Positions 36,373 through 50,137 of a DNA stretch of 64,000 nucleotides are shown here, piece by piece (the first letter of the stretch is position 1; every line of letters starts with the position of its first letter). The stretch is from contig JBHGNT010000012.1 in assembly GCA_043228905.1 (NCBI GenBank), positions 11,842,001 to 11,906,000 on the forward strand, in the 5' to 3' direction. Origin of the DNA: Azolla caroliniana (Eukaryota; Plantae; Polypodiophyta). Under the pieces are notes generated by a model. That model had not been told where the DNA came from. It saw nothing but the letters and a program-made list of their open reading frames with translations, and did no database searches. A program made the position numbers and the translations under genes.

Positions 36373-39300
36373 TGTTGGGAATGAAGGGCCATCATGCCTT
36401 TTATTAGTGCATGAGTGTGAACACACTCGTAGCACACTTTTGACTTGTATATACATAATATCTAAAAACCAAAAAAGATGTACACTCTTTGTACCCAAGA
36501 CAGCATGCATCTCTCTCTCTCTCCCTTTGCCTCTCCCTCAAACTTTCTCCCTCTCTGTTTTTGACCTAAACCCTAATCCTCGTGTTACCTTCAAACTGGT
36601 ATCAAAGCAAAGTTTAGGGTTTTTTGCAAAGCAGGTTTGGTCCTCCGTTTGGGGTAAGAAATCATGACTAGCAACAGTGACAATAGTCACCTTATGCACA
36701 TCAAGAAGCTTTGCGGTTTGGAAAACGCAATGCTACAACATCCTACTGCAAAAGAAGCATACAAAGCCTATTAAAGTCAAAGGGGTAAAGCCTACAAATA
36801 TGGACCAAGATGATTGGCAAGAGTTGAACGAGCTTGCACACTCGACTATTGAGTTGTCGATTTCTGATACCTTGTTTAATATTGAAGGTTTGGACTGTGC
36901 CTATTCTATATGGACTAGACTAGAGGAACTGTATGCCTAGAAGATGGCAGCTAGCAAAGTTTATTGGCTTAAGAAACTTATGGATTTGCATATGACAGAG
37001 GGCACACCAATGTCCACTCACCTGAGTGAGTTCCATTCCATTTTCACCCAGTTGGTTGCCTTGAAATTCATCATTGATGATGAGTTTAAGGCCACGTTTC
37101 TACTTTGCACCTTGCCAAAAAGTTGGGATACTTTCAAGACTGCTATGCGCAATTCAAATGTGATGCTTCTTTATGCCGATGTAGAGAGTTCTCTACTCGT
37201 GGAAGAGATGAGTCTGCAAAACAATGCATCCAATAAGTCCTCTAGTGGGTTGCATATGAGGGGTAGGTCACAACAGAGAGGCAAATCTGATAGTTATGGC
37301 AATAGTAAATCACGTGGTAAAGATGTAGAATGCCATCACTGTGGCAAAAAGGGTCACTTTAAACGTGATTGTTTCAAATGGAAGAAACAGAAAGGAAAGG
37401 GCAAGAAGATAGATGATTTCATAGAAGAAAAGAGAGACATTCAACCGAGGAAAGGAAATACTAAAATTGAAGAGGTGAATGTAGTCACTCATGATAGTGA
37501 TAGTGGAAATGATGTACTCTTTGTTTCATCATGCCATAGAGAACATGCTTTACTTGCAGATACGGATGGTGACATGCACACTTGGATACTCGATTCCGGT
37601 GCTTCTTTTCACGTCACCCCTCATCGTGAGTGGTTTTCAGATTACATAGGGGGTCGACATGGTGTTGTCCATCTTGGGGACAACTATGCATGTGAAATTG
37701 CACATATTGGCACTGTGCAATTACAGTTTTTAGCATGGTTCTGCTTTCACACTTCAGCATGTATGGCATGTACCTCAGCTCAAGAAGAGCTTGATAAGCA
37801 CAGGACAGCTAGATGATGATGCATTTCACACAACCTTTGGTGATGGGAAATGGAAGATTTGTAAGGGATCTAGAGTTATTGCCAAGGGTAGTAAAAGTGA
37901 TACTTTGTATCCTCTCCATGTATCTAGTGTGAGTGACCATGTTGTTGCCATAACCGAGCAGCCTAGTGTTTCTTTGTGGCATGGCCGGTTGGGACACATG
38001 AGTGAAACTGGTATGAAAGTATTGTCTCGTTTGGGTTACCTGCGATGTCTTCGCTATGCTGATTTTGAACATTGTGATCATTGCATTTATGGTAAACATG
38101 TACAAACATCTCATAAAAAGTCTCTTTCGTTGAAATCGTCCCCGCTTGAGTTAGTACATTCAGATGTATGTCCGATGCTAGGGCTATCATTAGGGGGAAA
38201 GAAATACTTAGTCACTTTTGTCGATGATGCTACACGGAAGGTATGGGTTTACCCTATTCGTAGCAAGGATGAAGTGCTCGACAAGTTTCGAACATTTTTG
38301 GCATTAGTTGAGAATCAAATTGATAAGACATTTAAGTGTCTTCGCTCTGACAATGGTGGGGAATATGTGTCCAAGGCTTTTCAAGCATTTTGTGACAGCA
38401 AAGGGATAAAGAGAAACTCACTGCCCCTTATAATCCACCCCAAAATGGAGTTGCAGAGCGTATGAATCGGACTATTCAAGATAAGGTCCGTACTATGCTG
38501 TCTCATGCTGCGTTACCCCATGGTTTTTGGGCAGAGGCTGTTATGACAGCTGTTCACTTGATTAATCGGTCCCCTAACAGGTCTTTGGGAGGGGGAATAC
38601 CCCAAGAAGCATGGGCGAGTAAGCTACCTTCATATGCTCACTTGAGAGTGTTTGGTTGTGAGGTTTTTGTGCACATTCATAAAGAAGAACGCAACAAACT
38701 TGAGCCAAAATCCTGCAAATGTATTTTCCTAGGATACAGTGACGAGGGTGAAATGGAGTATAGACTGTGGGATTCCGAGAAAAGAAAAATAGTATGCAGC
38801 AATGATGTTATCTTCCAGGAAAATCGCATGCATAAACAACCCGAAAAGACCGAGGAAGTACGGAGGGTTGTATTCCGAGAAGAAATACCTTTTAGACAAA
38901 ACAATGTGCCCGCTGTACAGCAGCAAACACCTGCTGTAAACTTACCTGCAAATGCAGAAAATGAGGTTAGAAATGATCAGCCAGCCTTTGCCAATAATGA
39001 TGAGCCACCAAATGTGCAGGAACGGCTAGAACAGCAAGTTGTTAATGCTGATTTGCAGGCTGAAATGCCTGGACAGCAAGTTGAAAATGATGATTTGCAG
39101 GCTCCACAGCTACCAAACAATGAGCCTTGGGTTAGGAGATCTTCTAGAGTTACTAGACAGCCTGACAGATTTGTTCCTGATGCAAACAGTGTGGCTGATT
39201 ATGTCATGGTAACTGATTGTGGCGAACCGACTTGCTTCAAGGAAGCAATGGACAGACAGGACAATAAGAAATGGTATAAAGCCATGTTGTCAGAGATGGA

Positions 39301-41092
39301 ATCTCTTGAGAAAAATGACACTTGGGATTTGGTGCAGTTGCCTAAAGGGCAGAAAACACTTCCATGCAAATGGGTTTATAAAATGAAGGTCATTGCTGAT
39401 TCCTCGCCAAAGTACAAAGCAAGATTGGTTGCAAAAGGATACAAGCAGGAATATGGAGTTGATTTTGATGAGATCTTCTCGCTTGTAGTCAAGATGACTA
39501 CATTAAGAATCATTTTGGACTTAGTTGCAGCTGAAGATATGGAGCTCATACATATGGATGTGAAGACCGCCTTTTTACATGGCGATCTGCATGAAGACAT
39601 ATATATGCAGCAGCCTGAAGGTTTTGTGGCTAAAGGCAAAGAGAAGATGGTTTGTAAGCTCAAAAGGAGCTTGTATGGGTTGAAACAAGCACCAAGAGAA
39701 TGGTATCATAAATTTGATGCATTTATGCAGTCTCAAGGTTTTCGTAGAAGTCAAGTGGACCACTGCTTGTACACCAAGAAGGCAGGAGATGGCAACCTGA
39801 TTATCTTGGTTTTGTATGTTGATGATATGTTGATTGCTGTCAAGGATATTCATGCCTTGGATTCATTGAAGCAAAGCCTTCATGGCAGCTTTGATATGAA
39901 GTATCTTGGTGATGAAAATCACATCCTTCGCATGCGAATACTCCGAAACTGGTCGAAAGGGGTACTCTTTCTATCTCAGCAGTAGTATATCTCTAAGGTT
40001 TTGCAGCGTTTCAATATGGAGGGGGGGAAACAATTGGGGTTCCATTGCCTCCATATTTGAAACTTAGTGCAGAAGACATCCCTACATTTGATGATGAGAA
40101 GGCTGAAATGGCTAAGGTTCCATATGCTTCAGTCATTGGCAGTTTGATATATGCGATGGTTGATAGACGCCCTGATATTGCCTTTGCAATGGGAGTGATT
40201 AGTAGGTACATGGCAAATCCCGGCAAAAAGCATTGGGAAGCGGTGAAAGGTATTATGAGATACCTCAAAGGCACAAAGGACTTGGGCATTTGCTTTGGAA
40301 AGCAAAAGGCATCCGTCGTTGGTTTTACGGATGCAGACTATGCTGGTCACGCAGACTGCAGGAAGTCTATTGTTGGGTTCATGTTTACTTTCATAGGAGG
40401 AGCGGTCTCTTGGATCTCCAGACCACAGAAGTTTGTTGCATTGTCTACTACAGAGGCAGCAGAGTATGTTGCTGCCACTGAGGCATGCAAAGAGGCTTTA
40501 TGGCTTTCATATCTAGTGAGAGATCTTGGCATTACAAAGTTACCTATTCTTCATTGTGACAGCCAGAGTGCTATCATGCTAGCTCGGAATCCCGTCTTTC
40601 ATGCAAAGACGAGGCACATAGAGGTGGAGTATCACTTCATCAGAGATGTACTTGACAGCAAGAACATTGAGCTTGTCAAAGTACATACAAATAATAATCC
40701 TGCAGATCTTCTCACGAAGGGTCTTCCAGCTGAGCGATTTGCTCATTGCCGAAAAATGATGGGAGTTGGATAGATGTATGTAGTTCAGCTTTGTACATAC
40801 TTGGACTTAGCTGACTTTCTTTTTCTTTTTCTTTTTTTTTCTTCTCATGGCACATTGCCTTTAGGTGGGAGGTGGTTGGGAATAAAGGGCCATCGTGCCT
40901 TTTATTAGTGCATGAGTGTGAACACACTCGTAGCACACTTTTGACTTGTATATACATAATATCTAAAAACCAAAAAACAGGTACACTCTTTGTACCCAAG
41001 ACAGCGTACATCTCTCTCTCTCCCTTTGTCTCTCACTCAGGCTCTCTCCCTCTCTGTTTTTGACCTAAACCCTAATCCTCGTGCTGCCTTCA
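36373..41092 (+). mobile_element. Full-length decayed Ty1/Copia element in intron 1, antisense to the host gene
   Basis: LTRs 36373-36593 and ~40874-41092; TSD CAATT; PBS TGGTATCAAAGC at 36597; gag-pol split over ORFs 36677-40773. Confidence 0.95.
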
Positions 41093-41921
41093 CAATTACT
41101 ATTTATTAGCAACTTTTCCAAAATTTGCCCAACTATACATTCAAAAACATGCACTTGGAAAGAGGTCATTTTTTAATAATAATCTCTCAAAAGAACATGG
41201 TATGAATGAACCTCAATTCTTGAGATTGGCAAAAAACTATATCTTTTCTCAGCTCAAGTAAGGTTGAATAAAAGCCCAGGAAAGAAACAAAACATACTCT
41301 ATAATGATGTTGACCCAGCTTATGAAACATGAGATATTGCACAGTTACATAATAATCTGTATATGGAGCATGTGATATATGCTCTACGTGTTTCCAGCTG
41401 ATGCTTGATACTCAAAAAGGCTATCCATTGTCTCCTTATCACCTGAGTTTTTGAATGTTCTAAAAATCTTGTTCCATTAGCTTAGAATATTCTTGGTAAC
41501 AGCCTTGTTCCTTCTCCTAGGTTCTATATGGCTGCGAGAACTTTTATGATCAGGCATCTGCAAAAGAGAGGGGGCCAAGACACATACATTGGACGAATTG
41601 AAAGCAAAGTGATGACGAATCAATGCAAATGAGAGCAATGCGCTAAAGTATCAATGCAAATGAGATCAAAGAGATGTAGACTCAAAAGACAGTGGAGATT
41701 GGAAGCAAAAGAAATCAGAAGGTTATGAAACAATTTTTGCAAAAGTAATCATAACAACAATGAAAGGCTGTCAAGAATAGACACAAAAGAAAGCAAAATG
41801 CTGAAGTACAGTAAATGAAGAAAGAATTAACTGAATATGCAGAAGTAAGATGCAAAATGAACGCATATGAATTCATTGCTTCAGAATGGCGAATAGGAGT
41901 TGGAACAAGGAAGGAACATAC

Positions 41922-42151
41922 AGTCTAGGTTTCTCCGGAGGGTTTTGAAGCAGAGATTCGAGACGATCAAGGCAGGTACCAAGAACAGTGATCTTCTTAC
42001 GAGTGGAAGATTCGAGGTGAGAAGGGTTCCCAGAGGAAGAGATGATGAGGTCGCGCTCTCTCAATCTGCTAGTGATGTCTTCTGAAAGACGTACTGCTTC
42101 TTCTAGCTCTTGTAACCATGTGTCAGAGAAGATCGCTGCTTGAGCCGCCAT
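41922..42151 (-). CDS. SYP5 (syntaxin-51/52)-like gene, exon 1 (N-terminal helical domain)
   Basis: MAAQAAIFSDTWLQELEEAVRLSEDITSRLRER...SSTRKKITVLGTCLDRLESLLQNPPEKPRL resembles the SYP51/52 N-terminus (DSWMR.YNEA.KL.EEI...SAIRRKIT..G.KLDSLQSLL). GTATGT donor at 41921. (CT)n-CAG just upstream may be a 5' UTR intron acceptor. Confidence 0.88.
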
Positions 42152-42690
42152 ATGCAATGTCTGGAGAGAGAGAGAGAGAGAGAGATTTCCGAAAAGAATC
42201 AATGTTTTCTTTTTCCACTTAATCTGTGTCCGTTTCACTTTCTCCTTCCTGATCTGTGGATTCTGATTCTGAACTGTGGATGCGAGTTTCTCTGAAAAAA
42301 GGAGGAGGAGGAGCTGCATTCGCATCCCCTTGTGAAGGCCGGGGGGGGGGGGCGGATTTCCTGTGTGCTCTGAGACGACGACAGAGCTGCAGCAGGCAAG
42401 CAAAAGCATGGAAGTGTGTATGTAATAATGTATCAATGATCATCATAGAATGAACCATACGTATCATACGTGCATTCTCATTCGAGAATGATTCAATCAA
42501 ACGTGTATAGTAAATCATCTCAAAGTTGGATTGGATTGGATTAACTATGGTCTATATTATATATTGATTCACTCTCAATCCCAATAACTGGACTCTAATC
42601 CATTGTGAACCACCAACATAAATATGGTTGCAAATTTGCATTGTATCACATGCATACTTTTGGGATGCTTCTTAAGAATCAATACATCTC

Positions 42691-45040
42691 CCTTTCTTTT
42701 TAATATCGCGGTTTGTACGACAGGGATGCCCATTGGCTCCATCCTTATTTCTATTATACGCCGAAGCACTCTCTAGCTTTCTCAACTCGTGACATCTAAG
42801 CCTATGTGTTCTTCGTGTGCCGCATTCTCACCAAAGCCTCCTAGATATAGAATTTGCAGATGACACCGCGGTCTACTTGTAAGGTGACTTGGAAAATTTA
42901 CAAAAGCTAGAAAGTGGTCTAGATGTATTTTGCAAGTGATCCAATGCCATGATCAAATGGCACAAATCTTGTGCAATATGGCCCTCTCATGATGCACATC
43001 CTGCGTGGCACCCAGATCCCACTTTCAAGTGGATCAATCAAGGTGAGAACACCAAATATTTGGGTTTCCAAATTGGTTTCAACATACCTTCGGAGACTAT
43101 GATTAGACTAGTTATTCACTCCATACGACAAAAGTTAATACATTGGAGTTCAAAAAAACTCTCGCTAGCGGGGCGCATCATAGTGGCAAACCAAGTATTA
43201 CTCGCGACAGCATGATACAGCCTATCATGTTGGACAATCTCCAAGGAAAGTATACACCAAATTCAACGACTGTACGCAACTACATTTGGTATGGTAAGGA
43301 AGATCATGCAACTCGGGCCAAGGTGGCATGGCCCATACTCACATCACTTAAGTCGAGAGGAGGATTGGGTCTTATTGATCCCCTCTCATAATCAAAAGCC
43401 CTACTCGCCAAATTTGTGGTGCGAGGACTCCAACCAGGGAATGACTGCTGGAAAATGTTATTGTAGTTATGCGTCACTTACTTTAGGCCACGAAAAGGGA
43501 CCAATTGGGCCCCCCAAACTGGATGGATTCTAAACATGGATCTCAAACCTAGTTTCTCCCACCAACTAGAGGATAGATTTAGTGCATCCATGTGGAAGGC
43601 GTGATGTGACATTAGACGAGGACTCAAGTGCAATCAACCTAATTCCGAACCTGCCTAGCTCAGTCAACGTATCCTTTGGAACCCATGTATTAGGGATGAA
43701 TCTAATCAACTAATTGGATCAAGTAAGGGGTTGTCATGGGGATACATGTCGGAAGGTCCAGGAAAAAGTATAGAATGTTGGAGATTGTTTATGTCATTGC
43801 CAATACAAGACCAGGCCAACATCCTCCATGGAATCAGGGGCAGATGGGCTATGAGATCTAATATCATTAACGCTCTACTGATTAGGGAAGTTGCTCATCA
43901 AAGGACGACAACGGAGAAATGGATAGGCTACAAGGAGGAGGGCTCTTTGCTCCCAAGAGGTAGGGACACACCGGACAAGATTGAAGGCTCTGAACTGTAG
44001 GACAATGAGGCATCAACACAATGTAAGGCAATTCGAGTACTAGTATATATTGGGCATAAATGGATTGTAGATCCTGATCTGATCAAAGTATAACCAGATT
44101 GGCACATATGTACTCATGAAAACACATGGCTACGTAAGGTCAGTTGGGACCCTTTGCAATGGACATGGTGTGATCCTTACGGGGGGCAAGGAAGCAAACC
44201 TATCCCTTTCTTTCAATTCACAACTAGATTGGGTCGCCATATTATAGCCGCTCAATCTGCCTGAGATCCGGCTGTTGCAAAGTTCTAGAAAACATAAACT
44301 CTGGAAACAACAACATGCGAGGCGAATCACCATTCCAATGGCTGTTAATACATAAGTAACTACCGGTTGGTGCATGGTAGTGTGGGAACCTTAGCTCTCC
44401 TAATTATGTAGCGTGTCCAACTGTAGTATAATCAATACGACACGCTCTATGGGATTGCCCAAAGTCCCATCGAATATGGCGAGGGGGGGGGGGGTTGGCC
44501 GCTTATTGCAATTATGTTAGGTGCAAGGCTCAATCAAGTGGGGGAATGTATGTTGGCTATCATGGCAGGCCCCAGTTGACAGATATGAGAATCAGGAAGA
44601 GGGGATGACTTTGGTTATAAAAGCACAAGAGGTTTTTTTCTCCACCATCGACAATGTCCACTCAACTCCTATCAATGCCAAATCTCAAGCTGTGTTGGAA
44701 TTGGTCAGCCCAATAACTCTTTGGATTCTATGGAAACAACGGTGTGGACAGGTCTTCTCCAACCAAACCGTGCAACCAATAGTGTTAATGCAAGAGATAT
44801 GGAGTGAAGTGGTAGCCACTCTAAAGAGCCAATATGATGGCCTCAAGGGTGACTCCGATGGAGTTGAAAGACAACGACTAGCCTTCATCCAACAATGCTT
44901 GTCCTCCCCCTTTATTGAGTCGGTGGGCATCCACATAAGATGGGCCTATCGTGTCCCTATAGGGATTTGTATATACTAATCTCATCTGTAAAATTGTATA
45001 ACTAATGGAAGGAGTTTTTTTTGGAAAAAAAAAGAAAAAA
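42691..45040 (+). mobile_element. 5'-truncated, decayed L1-clade LINE
   Basis: Motifs FADD, KYLG, WSSKKLSLAGRIIVANQVL, KVAW..GGLGL, LWILWKQRC. A-rich tail. 17-bp TSD AAGAATCAA(T/G)ACATCTC at 42674-42690 and 45041-45057. Confidence 0.9.
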
Positions 45041-45414
45041 AAGAATCAAGACATCTCTATCATCCTCACTTTAGAACTTTACAAAAAAATGAGTATGAAC
45101 TATTGAGATTGAATCAAAATATGTCATTATAAATTATAAATTATAATCAAACATTCAAAAACTCATAAAATGTATATTCGAGAATATGAAGAAAACATGA
45201 CATAGGCAGTAGTAGCATAACAACTTACCACTGGGGTGAGCTAATTTCTAATAAGAAAGAAAGAAAGGAAAAGAAAAAAAAGGAACATGACACTAACATA
45301 AAATTTTGCCACGACAACTTACCACTAGGTTGTACTTAGTTCCAATAATAGGAAAAGAAAAGAAAAAGAAAAAAACTATGATAACTAACATAAAATTTTG
45401 CTATGACATGGTAC

Positions 45415-45451
<37 letters not shown>

Positions 45452-46140
45452 AAAAAGTGGGAATCAAACCCAAGACATAGACACCAATAACACGACTCCT
45501 TACCACTAGGGTGAGCTGAATTTGTAATGAAAATAAATTCATTACATAAAAGAAAAAAAAAGAAGCACACATTTTTTCCTTTTCAAATGTTTGAATGCTT
45601 GCACGAACACGAATATTACGTTCTATGTATGTATGTATGTATGTTTGGAAAACTTAGTTGGTATGAAGAAAAAGGTACGACAACGCCATGACCATAACTT
45701 AAGCAATTTTGTGGAGTTTGTGTGGGTATCCTTGATGACGACGGTGGAATGAAGAGAATTTTGTGACCTTCATGAAAGGAGGAAAGAAATTGACATTTGC
45801 CAAGCAGGCATCTCCATCCATCCTGATCCATCCATCCATAGGACGGAACGGGACGGGAGGTCATCTTTGTGAGAGATATGTAAGTAGTTGTTGATGGTGA
45901 GGACATTGAGGGAAGAGGTCGTTGCCATGATAGGTGATGGGTACTAATGAATGCATGCACCACCCCCGCAAATCCCATGGATGTCAGTCTTGACATGGGC
46001 ATCAAGGCACAAAAGTTGCAAAGGAGAGCTCAACATCATGGTTATGGATGTCAATTTCGTTATGGAGTCAATGGATTTATTGCAACATACAGAAAATTTT
46101 CAAATTCCAATTGATTGTGAATGTTGCAACACTCTCTAGT

Positions 46141-46321
46141 AACTTTGTGGTTGTCGTATCATCAGAGGAGGTGCCATTGGCTCTCATTCAGTTGTTGTGG
46201 GTGAATTAGATCATGGATACATTGGGAACCATAAACTTTGTGGCTATGGTATCATTAGAGGAGGTACCATTGACTCCCGTCCAGCTATTGTGGTGATTTT
46301 GATCATGGCTACATTGGGAAC
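46141..46321. repeat. Degenerate 2 x 93-bp tandem repeat
   Basis: AACTTTGTGG...ATCAT.AGAGGAGGT.CCATTG...GATCATGG.TACATTGGGAAC starts at 46141 and 46234. Confidence 0.75.
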
Positions 46322-47496
46322 AATGGCTCTCGCTACAATGTGGCCCACCTATAGCATGTTGAATGTGCCCATAATTTGATCTCCTTCGCTACAATGCGAC
46401 CCACCTATAACTTGTTGGACGTGCCCCTAATCAGGTAGAAAGAGTCCCTCATCTCCAATGTCAACATTGCAATTAGTTTATCACTGAAATAACACATCAC
46501 TTTTTGCAATGAGAGAGAAACTTTTTCCCCAATATCAAATTGTGCACTTAACGGAATGTTTATTGTACTTACAATGGATGGAGTGAGTATGGTCACCCAC
46601 TAACCACACTACACGTGTAGTAGTAGTGGAACATGTTGAATTGTCATTAGCCAACATGATGAACTCCCTTTGAGGAAAGATTCCCTATTTGCTCCAATAA
46701 AGAAAACTGCCACATTAGAACTCCCTTCAACTTTTGTAAATATTCTTTGACTCCATTCCATGCCTACCTACCATCAAATACAAAAGCATTACGCATATCC
46801 CATTTATGATGTAATCCCCAATACCTTAGAAATAGGAAAATGATCTCCATCTCCGATTTTGGGTCAACCTATGTGATTTGTGCAAACACTAATTGTCTCA
46901 GCATCAAATAACATCATGACAAAACTTGCCAAATTTGAGAAATGTAACTCCAAATCTGATAAGTAATTGGACATTGTATGAAACGATGTGTATTATCTTC
47001 CATTTGAACACCGCAAAAGATGCAAATTGTTTGTTGCTACTCCACATCACTTTAGAGCTAATCCCAAATTCAAACCTCCAATCAAAACTCTCCAAATACA
47101 AATAGTAATTTAGAATGCCAACTACATTTTAAGATCTGCCACCATTCATAATCAGAGTTATGTACTTTCCATTATTGTTCCGCCTTGAATGATAGCCATC
47201 AAAGAGACTCAACAAAGCAATGTTCAGCTCGTCTAATTTGCACGGCACTTGGAGATACAAACTGTTCTTAGAACTTCGTAAGGAACACAATAATTGGTAT
47301 CCCGTCGAATCGGCTACAACTTATTACAAGCCCATGATTATACACATGCAATACACTTTGGAGCACATATTAGACACACTAGATTACCCCACAAGAAAGA
47401 ATGTGCAATATTGGACTTATCTATGCATATGATGGCTCATAGTTTTTTATTATTGCAAAGCATGTGTTCAAACTCAAAAACATGGTCCTCCCCTGA

Positions 47497-47590
47497 TTTA
47501 CACTCTCGTTTAACCCTCACACTTATCCACGTGTATATAATACTACGGTAAATTCTCACCACGGGATATTATATGGTCATGCCCATAACA
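47497..47590 (-). repeat. LTR-like 5'-end stub, direct repeat of 50224-50317
   Basis: About 94 bp shared with 2 visible differences; begins TGTTA(T/C)GGGCATGACC on the minus strand. Confidence 0.8.
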
Positions 47591-47863
47591 GATATGCTCA
47601 GTTTCATCAACGTGACGGTGGATGAGGAGGAGACGACCTAGATATGCCTCTATGGTGTAGCACAACAGTACAGGCCAATCTGAACAATGATTTGCACTTG
47701 AGAGAAACCATCGTCCTTCTTCGACCTGCAATCTATGTTGATGGTCGAAGAAAATCACGTGAGTGGGTTGAGGACCACTCAATTGGACAGCTGGATGCTG
47801 TACACGGAGGCGGATCGGCGCCGTGGGCGTGGAGGACGAGGTGAGTCGACACGCAATAGTGGG

Positions 47864-49410
47864 CCGTTGCAATCAACATCCCCGCCGTGAGCTCTTGCAA
47901 ATTGCCTTGCCATCTAGCTTCGGCTGCTTTGGTCATCCTTGGTCCCACATAAATGTCTCTTTGTTGTGGATGGACCAAACTGTCATTAATTGCATTTGTT
48001 GGTTGCTCCAGAGTTTTATTTACACGATCATGTTGCAGCGACCATGTGAATGGCGTTTCCAAATTCCAATTTTCACCAAATACACAATTGTCTATAATTC
48101 CTTTCTGATCACTATAAAATACATCCCACCATGATGTGTCTTGTTGTGCAATGTATTTCTTGGCAACCTCAATATGCTTTCTTTTTTCTTCTAAGGCTTG
48201 GAGCCATAACCGTTTTTGTTCCAATACCAAGTCACTATGCAACTATCCTTTCTTCTCAATTGGAATTTGCTTAGCTCCATGAACAATTGTACTCGGCATA
48301 TAAAGTAATAATTGGCAACCACCTTCAGGTTCCCATGTTGTAGAAGATGAATATTGTTTAGCATACAAAAGCGTAGAACCACTTATTTCATTTTTCTTTA
48401 TCATAAAAATGTGATTGAAGCTTATATTGTTTAACTGAGCAAGCACTTTAACATTCCCAACACCCCCATCTGATATATATCTCTTAAAGTCATATACCTC
48501 CTTCAAGTGTAACACTTTTGGGCGTGGTGTATATGCATCACAAATGACATCAAATAGTTTAGGTAATGTGAAAGCATCATACTGAGACAACTGTCTGGAG
48601 AATGTGCTAAACATTTGATCTATATGATCATGTGTGTGGCCAACCAAAAGAAAATTGACTTTCACTTTTCTAAACAATCCTTGGTTGACCAACATACTTA
48701 GATAGCCAAACACAGTTGAATTTTTGTTCTCTCTAGCAATATTCTCCAATTGAATGTATAGAACAAGGGGGAAAGGTTGGCCCCAAGACATCAAAACTCG
48801 GTGAATCATTGTAACTGTTAGGTTAGGGTCATTGTGAACATTGGGGTATGTAATGAAGACGTGAGGTCCAACTGACCTATTATAAGCCAAGCATCCCACC
48901 AAGTGCATTTGAACAAGGCACTCATCATTGACGTCTTTGGGGAGCCTCCACATATGCGGCAAGCACGTCTTCTTCTGGTCCATGCCATCTATCATTAAGC
49001 ACATGTATTGTTCGGGCCTCTTCAAACACTTCTCTCTATGATGCATCCATCGCCTTCTTTCGTTCTAACGATTGTGCCTCACGATGTTCTTGTAGTAACT
49101 TCTTACTCATATTCTTTTCCATTGATGTCTTTGCACCTTTAGCCAAACTTTTAAGATTTGCACAAATGGAGCAATACCCCATGCGTACTTTACGTGGAAT
49201 GATAACATTTGAAAACCGAGCTCTCCATAATCTTGTGAATTGGCTATATGTGAAAGACTTATTATGTGAGCCCACCATATCAGATCGATAGACATCATAA
49301 ACTTCCCAACGTGTGTAATTATCAGAGAGGTGCATCCTACATGTAGTGGGCATTACTTCACAATTTAACTGAAAGTAACTTTTCATCCAACCAATAGCAT
49401 GTCTTCCGAT
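47864..49410 (-). pseudogene. Internal fragment of a second Sola-like / DUF7869-type transposase
   Basis: CEVMP, CSIC, DGMDQKK, QLENIARENKN, FLLVGHTHDHIDQMFS; colinear with the 5399-7674 copy. Confidence 0.8.
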
Positions 49411-50137
49411 CAAGAGCAGAACCAGAGGCACAGAGATAGTGCCGACGACAATTCCAGACCCTCCACAAGCAAGGGGAGTCAAAGCGACACGGAATGTTGG
49501 TATTGTGGCAAGAAAGGCCACCTAGAAAGCGAGTGCTGGGAGAAGCGCGACAATTTGGATAAATTCAGATCCGGCAAGGTTGAACAAGGGAACCAACAAA
49601 GCTCGCACTACGTAGAAGGATTAGAAGGATCCGGAACCGGTAAGACCTAAAAAGGGCCAACCTTTGTGATGAAGCACAAGGCAAACTCGATGAAGAAGAC
49701 CACTTCTGGATCAGAGGAAGTGTGGTACATTGTCTCCAGAGCATCAAACCACATGACGAGCCATGAAGAGTGGTTCTCGTTTTTGGAAAAGCCGGAGCAA
49801 CCAGGAGTTGTCGAAACCGGAGACGACATTCCTCACTCGATCGTGCATGTTGGCGAAGTTCCCTTGAGTCATGTCGGACAAAAAGGGAAGCTTATGAACG
49901 TACTACATGTCCCAACAATCACAAAGAACCCGGTGTCAGTTGGGCAGATCATTGACCAGGGGATGTAGGTGCGGTTTACGCACCTCGAGTGCTTCATTGA
50001 GGAAGAGGGTTGGATCATTGCGCAAGGGTGTCGGGACGGGAGGATGTTCATCTTCGACACCAACGACGTCGGCACCACAATGTTCGCAAAAGGATAGAAG
50101 GTCGAATCAGATATCGACCTGTGGCACAAGCGGATCG

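Noticed and set aside
41873-42436. 187-aa ORF as a single-exon gene
   Set aside because: Syntaxin similarity starts at Met 42151 and stops at the GT donor at 41921; the extensions are low-complexity UTR or intron sequence.
45215-45530. Three degenerate CTTACCACTRGG...TGAGCT-like motifs, possibly subterminal repeats of a DNA transposon
   Set aside because: Irregular spacing and no matching TIR or TSD found.
46400-47460. Possible decayed coding sequence
   Set aside because: No recognisable motif in the frames examined, and many stops.
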